A stretch of DNA of 64,000 bases, from the NCBI GenBank assembly GCA_030390025.1, contig CM059438.1:80414001-80478000 (forward strand), in the 5' to 3' direction. Under the pieces are notes generated by a model that worked only from the letters and a program-made list of their open reading frames with translations, was not told the DNA's origin and searched no databases. Below, in pieces: positions 1-12,560 of the stretch; position 1 is the first letter of the stretch, and each line of letters starts with the position of its first letter. The stretch comes from Squalus acanthias. Lineage: Eukaryota. Made by a program: the position numbers and the translations under genes.

Positions 1-190
1 ACTGGACAATGTTCAGGAGTGGGAACTTTGGCTGATATTTCTCTCCCCAGCCCAGCGACACTGAGGCCTATTGCAGCACCCTTACTGCCACCCTCGCTGA
101 GATCACAGACTGGGGATCAAACCTGGGGCCTTCCAAGTCTGGGTGGCTCATTTACTCATGGCCTTAACCAACTGAGCCATTCAGTGAGTT
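1..190 (-). mobile_element. Old tRNA-type SINE (family X), 5' part
   Basis: Reverse complement resembles copies at 35318-35720, 36303-36565, 14205-14430 and 22400-22623 (head tggctcag..gttaa..ccaggtttgatcccc..tctgtg..gatctcagc). Confidence 0.55.
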
Positions 191-2867
191 TTAGATACCT
201 GCTTTAATCAAGTTTGTGTATTCCTTTATACTGTTGTGTAAACTCATCTACATGGACTACCATCAGTCTGATGAGCTAACAGAGTGTAATTGAAGTATTG
301 TTTGTGCTGTATGTGCAGAGTCCATATTTGCTCAACAGGGCAAGGGTTAATTAAAGGGTTCCCTCTTGCAACAGTCATTGCACTCCAAAAGTAATTCATT
401 GCTTTGATCTGATAAGGTGTTACATAAAAGCAATTATGATATGTTTAATGAGGAAAAAATAGTTCAAACCTTAATGACCATGCTTATAAAATGCGTCATT
501 CTTTCAGTCAGTGTGTTTGAGCCCAAGGGTGAAGTTATGTAGATATGTCGAAAATGCGAGTTCAACTTTGGCCAATTCGAAGGACATATAGCCATTAAAT
601 GGTGGTGCCAGACGGAGGTTCTAATCTCTAAACCCAATGACAGTAAAAATGACTAAACTGTTTTTGAAACAGTCTCCTGATGGTAGGCGAGGACCTAGTC
701 CTCAAAGCATCTAAGGAATGTGTTTTGTTTCTCCTCATGAAATTGCATACAAGTCTCAAACTATTGTGCATGGAATTAGCTGGTTACATTTATATAATTA
801 TTAATAATTCTTTAAGTTTAAGATGTATAAAAAATAATACATCGATTTTTTTTTTTTTAAATGGCATCTGTCTGTTAAATCCCAGCGCCAAATACAGAGG
901 GTTTGAAGCCTAAAATCTAATTACAATATAGAAATTTTAAATGAATATCTGTGTTTAGGGTGGACCCTTAAACTTGGATTAGAATCCGTTTAGGATGGAT
1001 CCTTAAAATGGAGTGAAATACATTTGTTTACAGTGAGCGTTTGATTGATAAAGATCTAATTTTAGCACCGGATCCAATTTCTTGCCTTCATGGACTGTGA
1101 TGTCACCATATTATAAACTGGCAGCTGAATAATCCAGCTAGTTGTTCTAAGCTTGATTACAAATGTCTGGGCCTGCTTCTCCCGCTCCGGCTCTGGGGCT
1201 GCCCTGCTGGTTTTACACAGTCAGCAGCTTTAATAATATTTTTTAAATGACTTTTCGCAAAGTTGCTTTATTCTTCCGTTCTAAACGAATTTCCAGGATG
1301 ATTTAAAATATGGAGCAAAACCGATTCGAGTGTTGTCATGATTCTGCGAGTAAATGCGAAATGGTGAGGGCAATTTTAATGTAATGAACAGAAAAATAAC
1401 AGAAATTGCACAGCGATTGAAACGACCAAGGTCGATCTATGGCCAAAGCGGTCCTGGCAGCCTCCGAACACCATTGTCATTCAATGGCTGCACCGTGTCT
1501 GATTGGCCGCTATGCTCACTGCGGCGTAGTATAATGGGAAAAGCAGGAAAATATGGAGTAAGTTATCAACGGTGAGCTAGACAGTGAAAAGTTACAGTTT
1601 ACGTTGCCCATCTTGGCGTTACAGGAAAATCTGGGATGTTTTATCTCTGTCTTTTCAACCAGCAAAAGATGGGCGCTTCATTACAAAAATCCTGCTGAAC
1701 TTGGTTGCTTTTAGTTTTCCTGAACTTTCCCGGTTTCAGTGTTTATTCCCATAATTCCAGGTCCTAAGTCATCAGCGTCCTCCTTGATACTTGTCTTGCA
1801 GTAGCGCAGTGCGGCATCTCCTGAGCATGTGCAAGGTTAGAGTAATGGGATGTTCTGCGATGGGTTTTCCAGTTTAAAAAAAAGATAAGAGCAGAAAAAA
1901 GTAATTTGCCTTTGGCAGACGTTTAGTATGTAGACATGTCAAAGAAAAATGTTATTTGAGTTTTGTTTTTTGTGTGACTTTTGATATAGGAATCTGGTGA
2001 TTTCCTGCAGACTGTTTAGCAGTAGTGTTTGGAGGGAAACTGCTGCGTCCTGAGGAAGTGGTGCAGCACTTGAGTGGGAAGTGGTATCCTGGACAAAAAT
2101 GGTGACTTTCACCAGACAGCGGCAGTGGCGGTTTGGGAAGGAAAAAGTGGCAGAAGGAGGACTTGGCATGAGGAAGTGCAGTGAAAGATTCTTTAGGCTG
2201 GTCCGAATGAAATCGGCAACTTTTTTAAATTTCTTGCTTGCCATGTATAACTTTACAGTGAAACTCTTAAAGGTTCAAAGGGGGAACAAAAACCCGACCC
2301 CCCTCATTACAGTTTGTTAATGTATAGCGAAACAGAAGAAAACAGCACATTCAAGTTAAGGAAATGTCATGTCAAGTCATGCGAACTATCCAAATTAGTG
2401 GAATGTGAAATTGTAGACACATTGCATTCTCTCTTTCCCCCATATCTATTGGCTTCCTGCCTGGATGCTCTCTTTCAGGTACAAATTATTTTGTTGTTCC
2501 TGCTGTTTTAAGTTGATGAACTGGGGGCATATCTCATTGGATAGGGCCATCCACAAACCAGGATGGCACTTTCACCTCATGATGTTATTAAGAATGTCTT
2601 GTATATTTAAACAAGCACATTTCAAGCTCTCCATTCACTGTACAAATGTTGTATGTAATTTGAATGTACACGGCTCAGTAACTGAGTATGTATAAGACTC
2701 ACAGTAATGGAGTATGTATAATTAGGCTATATGGTTGTTATTACCCAGGTTCACCCAGAAACTGGCATTTTCACACCTTTCAGGACCTTTTTATGGGAAC
2801 ATTGTAGTACCCGGGTGGTAATTTACAGTAAACTATGGGATTTATGATGAGGTGTTACATTATAATA

Positions 2868-3156
2868 GACTCTACCCTCTCAGGTGGACGTAAAAGATCC
2901 CACGGCACTATTCAAAGAAGTGCAGGGGAGTTCTCCCAGTGTCCTGGCCAACATTTATCCCTCAACCAACACCTAAAACAAATGATATGGTCATTTATTT
3001 CATTGCTGTTTGTGGGAGCTTGCTGTGTGCAAATTGGCTGCCGCGTTTCCTACATTACAACAGCGACTACACTTCAAAAGGACTTTATTGGCTGTAAAGT
3101 GCTTTGGGATGTCCTGAGGTCGTGAAAGGCGCTATAGAAATGCAAGTCTTTCTTTC
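2868..3156 (+). mobile_element. DeuSINE/SacSINE1-like SINE, 5'-truncated
   Basis: gatcccacggcactattc..ggggagttctccc..tcctggccaacatttatccctcaacc..gtgggagcttgctgtgtgcaaattggctgcc, then L2-like tail aaaggcgctatagaaatgcaagtctttctttc; aligns to 30766-31198 and 53098-53546. Confidence 0.85.
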
Positions 3157-3668
3157 ATGAGGAAGAACCTCAGTGGGAAGAATTTAAATCAGTTTATTGT
3201 TTGAAAACCAGATTACAGCAACTGGCTTCCATTTCCAAAAGGAAAGGGGATCAGTATGGAGTGAGAATTGAGATTTCTTTCTAATTCAGCTTTGTGATAA
3301 TGTGTGTGACCCCTCAGTTACAATAGAGAAAACTCCGCCATCAGCTCCGCTATAGTGGGGCAGATTTTTCTCCACACGGTCAGGGACTGGATCCAAACAT
3401 TCCTGCTGGACCAGTTGAACTGATGACACTGCAGAACACACCACAAAAAAAATCCGGATAGACCACTGAAAAAAACAATGTAATTTTAGAGAAATGTAGA
3501 CATACCTATTGCTTCATCCACAGACAGCCACTATTTCCTCCCTAACCCTTTCCACAGCCATGAGAGTGGGGAAACATTCAATGAGAAAAGGAAAATTACA
3601 GTCCACAATCATAGGTTGAAATCATCCCTCTCCACATGCAAGACATGTTTTAAATCTAAACTCAGTCA

Positions 3669-3830
3669 AATAAAAACAGAAGATGTTGGAAATGCACAGC
3701 AAGTCAATCAGCACCTGGAGAAAAAAAAGGATAGAACATTTCATCAGAATGGTCACACTCAACATGTTAAGCAATCTTTCTCTTTCACTTGCTGATTAAC
3801 CTTCTGCGTAGTTCCGGCAGTTCCAGTATT
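3669..3830. mobile_element. Old, degenerate inverted Penelope-like tail pair
   Basis: aataaaaacagaagatgttggaaat..cagca.. followed by an imperfect reverse complement; same layout as 30373-30590. Confidence 0.5.
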
Positions 3831-5206
3831 AGTAGATTTATCTCTGAGGTATTCTCTACTTATCTTGAACTGGCCAAATTCAGCTTGGGTCACCATCACC
3901 ACTGTTTTTAAATTTGATTCAGATCTCAACTTGGTTTAATTCACTTCTTCACAATGTTAGACTCAGCAGTTGTTTCCCACTAGTATTCCTGACAAAGTGA
4001 TTAGCATTTATTTATTTCTTTAATTAGAAACAGCAAGTTCATTATAAATCTTTGCATATGCCTTTTGTTTTTTTTAAAAAAAGGGATCCTGATGGGCGTG
4101 CTCCTTTTCTAAATCTTGCTCAAAATATACTTGGAAAATGATGTTAGTAATGTTAAAGTAATGAGCATTTTCTCTTCTGGAAGTGTTTCACAAGTTAGAT
4201 CTTTTTAGAAACAACAGATTCCATAAGATTATTCATGCATTCCTGTAGAAGGCATGTTGTAGATGAAATATTAGTAACTGTATTATACCAGCTATGCGCC
4301 ATCCTCAATAGGGTTTTATTTTTAATAGTTTTACATGGAGGGGGATGAGGCTTTAAGAGTTGAGCGGTAATTTGAATTGAACAGTTACATTATTCTGGCC
4401 GTGGTGGTGAAAAGGCACATTCATCACTTCGCCGATAAAGCTAGACAGTGATTACACAGTCAGAGCATTTTCAACAGCAGCTGTTTGAATGGGTCCTAGC
4501 AGACTGTAACAGGAACCATGTGAAAGTGTCTTGTGATGACGATCAAGTGGATGAGTTGTAAACACTTCCTTTGTGTGTTCAAGTAGGGAAGGGAGGCTGG
4601 GGTGGGGGGTGGGGGGTCATGCTGGAAGTGCGCTAGCTGAAGAGCAGCTGATTACGTCCAAGCAGAAAGATATAGAAGGGTAGCAGTAGTCAATGTTAAC
4701 CTCTAGACTGGCGCTTGGAAGTTATTTCTGTATCTGATTTGGCTGCAGCCGGACTGCACAGATTCCCTCAGGTTTGGGCGAGAGATGTGAGTGTTTGAGG
4801 TAAGAGCTCAGCTTCTGGATTTCAGGCACAGGAGGAGTGACTCGAAAAAGGGGGAACATAGCAACTGATGGAGCAGTATAGAAGTATGGCAGGGCGACCC
4901 TGATCTGAACCTCTTTTGCAGTAATCCAGAAACCGGAGTCATGATTCTGATTAACCTCCCTTAAAGAGCAAACTTCATCGTCTTTGGAAAAAGGGGAAAA
5001 CACTAAAGATGAAATTTAGTCTAATTCTTATGTTTAACTAATGAGTGCCAATGAAAAACGTTGGCCCAGGCTGCAAAGCATTATTGATCCTCACATTGGC
5101 TGAGTTGAACCCTGGATTAATGATTCCATTAATCATTTTGTATTCAGCGCTCTGACATTGTCACACTCAGTTACTCTAGTTTTCCCAGCAGCATTCACCA
5201 TTGAGA

Positions 5207-5530
5207 ATGGGCTGGTGCAGTAGGTTAGCATGCTGTCTTTTTGCCCAGCAAATCCAGCCTATGATGATCAGTTGAACGTCTCCTTTTTGTTGGCGATAAG
5301 GGACCCAAGTGAAATAAGTTGGAGAATCTCAGCCCAGTTCAGCAAAATCTCCCCATAATGCTACACATTGACAATCTCACTCAGAAGCTATAAGGAAGGC
5401 TGGTGTTGGAAATTTAAAAACATTATACTGTCGTGGTAGAGAGTGAGCACCATGGAGAAGAATAGACAGGAAGAGATGGTTAGATGGACCCTGAAATTGT
5501 ACCGTGTGGATGACTGCTTAATACATTTGT
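5207..5530 (+). mobile_element. Ancient LF-SINE-like element
   Basis: tRNA-like head ending aaatccagcc, then gtgaaataagttggagaatctcagcccagttc, resembling the LF-SINE core as recalled (GTGAAATGAGTTGGTGGTCTCAGTCCAGTTCC). Confidence 0.45.
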
Positions 5531-5561
5531 CTGAAATTCCTCTCTCTGCTATTTTAGTGGT

Positions 5562-5596
5562 GGTGTTAACCCATTTATTTCAAATGGGTTAACACC
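5562..5596. repeat. Perfect 15-bp-stem hairpin, TTAA-CCCATTT...AAATGGG-TTAA (piggyBac-like mini-element)
   Basis: ggtgttaacccattt-atttc-aaatgggttaacacc read directly. Confidence 0.6.
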
Positions 5597-7785
5597 TCTG
5601 TTATGTTTTTGGGGGTTTGTACTCCAGGTACTTTTATCAGATTCAGCATCTTGGGCCACATCCTATGAACTGGAGTGTGCCTTAACCTGCCCACGGTCAA
5701 GGTAATTTGTAGCAAGACCAAGGGTCGAACAGAAAACCCTTGTCACTCAGCTTACCAGTTATATTGTGTGTCCTTGTGTAATCTTCTTTGACTTTAGATG
5801 GTGATTAAAAAGTCTATTTAACTATTGGTTGCACTAAAACCTGCCAAGCAGATTTATCAAACAGTAAATGGATAAGTGAATAGTAGCAATGACACACTGT
5901 AGACTTGCATCCCTCCCTGGAATGGCAAATAACAGTCACATCTGCTGGACTAAATTTCAGTGTGAACTTGATTTGGCACAAGGACCCTGAATATTTATAT
6001 CTGTCTGATAGCTTTAGATGGACCATGAATTGGAACAAGACAGGCTGGAGTAAACTTTCAAAAACATGACTAGTACAAAGAAAATTTCAATAAGTACCCC
6101 TTAAACTCAAAGCTCTGCCATTCAAACATATATTCAAAGAAAAGCCTCAGAATGCTTGTATTTGAATTGAGTGGCTCAGATACCTGTTGCAGATATATAT
6201 TCTGGGGCTATTGTGCATCAAATCAAGCAAACCCATTTTCTGTGAATGCACTTGCCTTATATTCCTGCATCCACTCCTATGACAAGGAAAGAAGATAATA
6301 CTATATTGCAACATAGACAAAAATACTTCATTTTTGTCACAACCACCTATAAAATAATTGAGGAAGAAATGGGTAGGAGGAGACAGTTACATGAGAATAA
6401 TGGAAAGAAAAAGAGTTAGAAAGGTGGGAGACGATTGCTTAGGACAAGATTTTCCTCTGAGGGTTTAGCTTAACGAAAAAATAAATGAGTAGGCAGGTGA
6501 GCAAGATAGCAGAAGCATAGAAAGCAGGAATTAACTTTTCAGCTGTTATTAACTGTTATTCTGAGTCTTGCTCCCTTCCTAACATAGGCGAAAGGAAATT
6601 AGAAAAAAATACTTTTAGTTGCTGTTCTCCTGAGAAATTCATGCAGTGTTGTGCAGGGGTGATAGATACAAAAATTTAACTCCTATTCAGAATTGGCATT
6701 CGTTATACAAAGAGCAATATTTCGAAGCATCAGCACAGCTAATAGTTGCTGTTTAAAATTAATCTAATATAGTGTATCTAATAGCAACTCAACAATGCTA
6801 CAGATAATGCAGACGTGTATTATAAAAATGTAATATATTGCCAAAATAATCTAAATACAATTTTAAGCATGCAATACAGTTTTTATGTGCCCAATATATT
6901 GTAAAAGTTAAATTGTAGCTTGATGGAGTTGTTTAAATGAATCAATAGTGCCAGTGTTTCACATTAATGCTGAAATACATTGATATGATTTAGCAATGGA
7001 TTGATTGCACCAAATGTGATAGAACTCCTAAATATTTTAAAACCATTATTTACTATGCTATGTAAAGACAGCAGGGTAACTTGTAGAAATCTATTTTGAA
7101 GTCTTGCAAAGAAAATACATACTTAAAATAACGATTTAACAACTATCACGCAAAACACACATCTGTACGTCTGTGAGGCTACAATATTACAAATAGTGCA
7201 TTTTGTAGATTATTTGCACCGAAGTCGTTCTGGCTGTCTATTTCTAGGCTAACCTGATCCTGACTCTCATTATAAAATGGGCACCAAACCGTAATCTTTT
7301 CTGGTTATGCTAATCTTGCATATTTTTCCATGTTTCAGACATGTTTCATGTCCTGGTGCATCTGAGACAGATTGCAGTTTGCTTTTAAGTCTCTTGCAAT
7401 TTTATAAAATGTATTCGTAAAAATTGGATTAAAGACTGATATATATGCACATATTTTATAAATCTTGCTGCTACTTTATACACTAAAACTGTGTAATGTT
7501 TTATTTGAATCCAGCAGATCACAAATTTATATCAATGTACAACAGATCCTAATAAATTAATGTTGTTGGCCCCATGACAATTGCCTATTGTTAAAAAAAA
7601 AGTTGCTGCAGTTATAACCATGGCAAAATGTAACTGCATTTTGGCAAAAACCTGTTTATGTAGGTTTCCTTAATGAAAGGTATTGTAAGACAACATGTGT
7701 AGATCAACAAATGTCCATATTTACCTGAGTACAGAAATTCTATATTGTGTTTATTTGCCAGTCTGAATTACAAAGTACTACAAAG

Positions 7786-8720
7786 TAATTACAGCATAGA
7801 AAAAGGCCATTCGGCCCAACAGGTCCATGCCGGTGTTTATGCTCCACACATAGGAACAGAAGTAGGCCATTTAGCCCCTCGAGCCTGTTCCGCTATTCAA
7901 TGAGGTCATGGCTGATCTGTGATCTAACTTCATATACCTGCCTTTGTCCACTAGCCGTTAATACCTTTGGTTAACAAAAATCTATCAACTTCAGATTTAA
8001 TATTAACAATTGACCCAGCGTCAATGACCGTTTGTGGAAGAGAGTTCCACACTTCTACCACCCTTTGCTTGTAGAAGTGTTTCCTAACTTTACTCCTGAA
8101 AGGCCTGGCTCTAATTTTTAGACTATGCCCCCCAGTTCTAGACTCCCCAACGAGCAGAAATAGCTTCTCTCTATCGACCCTATTAGATCCCCTTAATATC
8201 TTGAAAACTTCGATCAAATCACCCCTTAATCTTCTAAATTCCAGGGAATAAAACCCTAGTTTGTGTAATCTCTCCTTGTAATTTAACTCTTGGAGTCCAG
8301 CTATCATTCTGGTAAATCTTCGCTGCACTCCCTCCAAGGCCAATATATCCTCCCTAAGGTGTGGTGCCCAGAACTGCTCACAGTACTCCAGGTGTGGTCT
8401 AACCAGGGCTTTGTATAGCTGTAGCATAACTTCTACTCCCTTGCATTCTAGTCCTCTTGATATAAGGACCAGCATTTCATTAGCCTTTTTGATTATTTTC
8501 TGTAACTGTCCATGATATTTTAATGATCTATGTACCTGGACCCTCAAGTCTCTTTGGACTTCCACTGTTTCTAGCTTTTCACCATTTCGAAAGTACTCTG
8601 TTCTATCCTATTTAGGTCCTAAATGGATGACCTCACATTTGTCTACATTGAAATCCATTTGCCACAGTTTTGACAGTTCACTTAATCTACTAATATCACA
8701 CAAGCCTCCTCCCACCCCTG
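7786..8720 (-). mobile_element. CR1 3' UTR fragment (subfamily of 24108-24485), split by a younger CR1 at 7851-8696
   Basis: 7786-7850 joined to 8703-8720 reproduces the reverse complement of 24385-24460 (caggtccatgccggtgtttatgctccacacaagcctcctccc). Confidence 0.8.
7851..8696 (-). mobile_element. CR1 LINE, 5'-truncated (RT C-terminus ORF 7951-8565)
   Basis: LYKALVRPHLEYC..FWAPHL..LEGVQRRFTRMI..RLRGDLIEVFKI..WNSLP motifs; CR1 3' UTR; flanked by cacaca duplication (7845-7850 / 8697-8702). Confidence 0.95.
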
Positions 8721-9632
8721 TACACAAGGTACATAACTAAGAATAATCCTGCAGCAGCTTTTATGCAACTGAAGCTATTTGTATCAAGATCTATATATTT
8801 CAGTTCATCTATGTTTGGGGGGAATGGACAAAATAAACAGTTGATGGACCATAACATTTGATTAGTACAGTGTATATGGTGCAATTGATATCTGACTTGT
8901 TCTACAAGACTCCAATTTCCTTTGATTAAAATAGATACTATTAGTCACATTTATTGATTATCTGGTTTCTTTTTCTATCTGTTTTCATCTTGCTATTTTC
9001 ATTACTTTCCTTCTTTGCACAGTCCACGTTTCTCTTCATTTTGAGACAGATATTCTTAATCTGATCCTGCTAAACAGATGTTAATTTGTTGATAATTGAA
9101 AGCAGAAGCCATCAGCATGAAGAAAATAATTGCATGAAATCCTCTGTTGTGTGACGCATCCTCACCAATCCTAATATGCATGCGCCCAATCAGTGTTAGA
9201 TATATGCTTTTAAATCGGATGTGTAATTGTTAATTTCTAGGAGAGAGGCTGCTTTATGTGAATGAAATAGACACTTTTCAATAGACATTAAGCCTTTTGT
9301 GTAATTTTTTTCCATTTTTGTGGAGCCATCACCCCTGGATTACTAAATGTTTCATCAGTTATACTGGTTAACTGGCAATTTAGCTGCCTGAAAAGTGTGA
9401 GCAAAGCATTACTTCATCTGCGGTGTGACTGGCAGGCTTTACGTTCCTACTAACAAATTTGTTGTTTTGCTTTCATTGGTAAATATACAAACACGGGGTT
9501 TTAACCCTTTCTCCAGCCAAGAGGGAAATACAGCCCTTGGAGCATAATGGATAGTTAGGAGAGTGTTAGAAGGTATTGGACAGATTAATTGACTTGAGCG
9601 TTCCAGTTGGCAGACAAAAGGCATTGATGAGA

Positions 9633-9743
9633 GAAGAAAGAAAGACTTGCATTTATATAGCGCCTTTCACGACCACCGGACGTCTCAAAGCACTTTACAG
9701 TCAATTAAGTACTTTTGAAGCGGAGTGAGTCACTGTTGTAATG
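9633..9743 (-). mobile_element. DeuSINE/SacSINE1-like 3' fragment
   Basis: aaagaaagacttgcatttatatagcgcctttcacgacc..caaagcactttacag, reverse complement of the tail at 3090-3156. Confidence 0.8.
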
Positions 9744-9851
9744 AGGTAAAACATGTGTTCTTAAATTAAAAATCTGATTAAATCGGATTGGCTATACTGG
9801 GCATTTTAGCAGATTGGGCAGTTGAAATTTAATTTGGAGAGATGTACGGTA

Positions 9852-10254
9852 CAGGTTGAGCGTCCAAAATCCGGAATGTTCTGGAATCCAGACTCCGGGA
9901 TGATTGGTGGCAGGGTTGTCCTGAATCCGTAAAATGTTCCGGAATCCGGACACCCTGTCAAACCGTTTCCGCCGGGTGACGTCCAAAAACCGGAAATATC
10001 GCAACCTGGGCCCCGGCATTTCCAGACTCAGAACGTGTTTCTGATGTCCGAAGTCCGGAAACGCCCGAGCCCAGGTTGCGAATATTTCCGGACTTCGGAC
10101 ATCAGAAACACGGTCCGAAGTCCGGAAATATTCGCAACCTGGGCTCGGGCGATTCCGGACTTCGGACATCAGAAACACGTTCCGAAGTCCGGAAAAACAC
10201 GAAAACCGGCTCGGCCTCGGTCCCGAGGTTGCCGGATTCAGGACGCTCAACCTG
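9852..10254. mobile_element. Tc1/mariner (Tigger/pogo-like) MITE, 403 bp
   Basis: TIRs caggttgagcgtcc..atccgg / ccggat..ggacgctcaacctg; TA TSD at 9850-9851 and 10255-10256; internal ~70-bp inverted repeat; CpG-rich. Confidence 0.9.
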
Positions 10255-10326
10255 TAATACATTTTGGAAGGAAGAATAAGGAGAGCACATGTACACTAAA
10301 TGGTGGAGGGGCAGAGAGATTTAGGG

Positions 10327-10461
10327 AGATTTTTGTTAGGTAAGGGTATCAAGGGATATGGATCAAAAGTGGGCAAATCGGGTTACGGTACAGATCAGCC
10401 ATGATCTCATTGAATGCCAGAACTGGCTTGAGGGGCTAAATGGCCTACTCCTGTTCCTATG
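10327..10461 (+). mobile_element. Short CR1 3' end inserted into the older CR1
   Basis: agatttttgttaggtaagggtatcaagggatatgg..gatcagccatgatctcattgaatg..tggcctactcctgttcctatg interrupts the RDLG|IQVH codons. Confidence 0.8.
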
Positions 10462-12192
10462 ATTCAAGTACACCAATCTTTAAATGCACGATGAGAAGTT
10501 AATAAAGCTGTAGAAAGAGACATATGGGATCCTAGGTTTTTTTTTGAATAGAAGTATAGAGTACAAAAGCGAAGAGGCAATGCTAAACCTATCCAAGTCA
10601 TTGGCTAGACTGCAGTTCAAATACTGTCAGATAAAAAGGAAAAACTGCAATGGCTGTAATATTGTGTCCAGTTTCAGATGCCTTATTTTAAGGAGCATGT
10701 CAAGGCCATCGAGAGGATGCAGAAGAGATTCAGGGATGAGAGGCTTTAGTTAGGAGGAGACACTAGAGATGATGGGACTTTTTTCATTAGAATAGAGAGG
10801 GTTAAGAGGAGATCTGATCAAAAGGAGAGTTCAAAATAATGAGATGTTTTGATAAAGTAAATTGAGAAAAGAACTATTTCCACTGGTTGGTGACTCAGTA
10901 ACTGGAGGGCATAAGTTTAAGATCATCACTAAAATGTTAAGTTAGGACTGATATTTGTACATAGAGGGTTGTAAGGACATGGAATGGCCTACCAGAACAG
11001 TGGTGGAAGCAGAATCCATGACAGCTTTTAAAAAGGAAGTGGATAATATTTTAAGAAAAAAATAAAGAAAAGGGTATGGGGAAAGAGATGGGGAACCAAA
11101 CTCTTTCAGAGAGCTGGCATAGGAACGATGGTCAAAATAGCCTCATTCTGTGCCGTAAAATTGTATGATTCTATAATATTTGATGCTGAAATTGGGGATC
11201 TTGAATTATCTTAACACTCAACTCTACCTTGTGCTTTAATCAGCCCTGTCCTCTAATTCAGCATAACAAACACTGAAATGTTAATTACTAACAAAATAAC
11301 ATGATTGGCAAGTGACATAATTAAACAAGAGAGCGGAACTCTGCTTCCTATGGATATACGTATTAAATAAGAACAAATATTAACAAAAGCTTTCTTGCTG
11401 CAAAGTTCTGCTTGTTGTGATCTTGATTACTACTTTGTTTGCTATGTTGCAGATCATTTGTTTTATAATTTTGCTGACGTTTTGTGAAAGCTAAAGAACC
11501 CCTTTTTAACGATCTTCTCATTAACTTTGGGTCAGTTTAATATATTCAGAGTCAGCCAACCAGAACTCCTGGTATACTCAGGCTAATTAAGAGGCAGATC
11601 ATCAATAACTAGGCTGCAGCAATAAATTTTAAATAACATGAGAAAGAAAAATGATCTGAATAAAATACTTCCCAGATTTTCGACACTTTTTATTTCACTA
11701 ACAAAACTCCCAACACGCCTGGGAGAGAAAGAGCCGAGTGTTTCAATCTGCATCACACACATCACTCAAAGACTGTCAAACAGATCCCAAACTGTATCAC
11801 ACCAGGCAGAAAACAGGAAGAGAAATAACACAGTCTAATGCAGGGGTTTACCCTTCCAGTGAAACATTTTATTTAAACTTCCAGGATATTCTGATGATAG
11901 CAGCAGAGTGGAGACAATGAGCAGGATTTTCCACTTGGGCAAAAACCCAAGCAAAATAATGACCAGACTCTGTTCACACCCGCTAGAAGTAAAGTGGGAT
12001 CGCTCTGTCACATTTTCTGGGGTCATCTTGATTTCAATACTGTTGGTGAGCCTCAGGCGATAATACTGCCTCTAATTGGGAGCTCACCATTTGGGCTACT
12101 GTAGGATTTAAAGGCCTGCAGCAGCTTAAAAGGGGCTGTGCCAGCCGAATTAGTGATGGGTTTGAAGATCGGATCGGTTCGCTTAGAAATAT

Positions 12193-12560
12193 AGGTCCAG
12201 ATTTTGCGGTCAGCGGCGAAGGAACGGCACTCGCCGTTCAATGCGCTTGCAGCTGCCCACAGGCCTTCGTGGGCTTATGGTTACTAGTGATCCTTTTCGG
12301 CGCAGCGCCCTCGACAGGGGATTTGTGGCATGTGTGAGCAGAGCAAGCAACAGCGTCTCTCTTCAACCAATCAGATTGAAGAATCATCTCTGAAATTGGC
12401 ATGCAGGCCCCTTCATGTACCGGGGCGCCGTTCCAACCCCGCAGGAATGCCCACAGGAAAATGCGTCCGGATGCAAAGCCAGTGAATATCCGGAATGGCG
12501 GGATTTATCCCGTTTTCCCCACTGTGCCCCGAAAATCAGGAGGTAAAACATGCAACATCT
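12193..12560. mobile_element. GC-rich non-autonomous DNA element (Harbinger-type MITE) fragment
   Basis: Starts ggtccagattttgcgg (GGNCNGATTTT-type terminus shared with other CpG-rich islands in the window). Confidence 0.45.

Larger units (their letters stand above)
9805..11175 (+). mobile_element. Old CR1 LINE 3' region, interrupted by a MITE and a short CR1 tail
   Basis: Decayed QLKFN..C.V | IHFGRKNK..TLNG..RDLG | IQVHQSL..RSIEYKSEEAMLNL..RLRGDLI.., with a CR1 3' UTR near 11100-11175. Confidence 0.8.

Noticed and set aside
2050-2180. Cluster of GAGGAAGT/GGGAAGT ETS-like motifs
   Set aside because: Short motifs in a purine-rich stretch; not supportable without functional data
10031-10190. 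CRISPR-like repeated palindromic units
   Set aside because: Eukaryotic DNA, no unique spacers, no cas genes; these are internal MITE repeats
9792-10343. Overlapping ORFs on both strands with repeated peptides
   Set aside because: By-product of the palindromic GC-rich MITE; no protein motif
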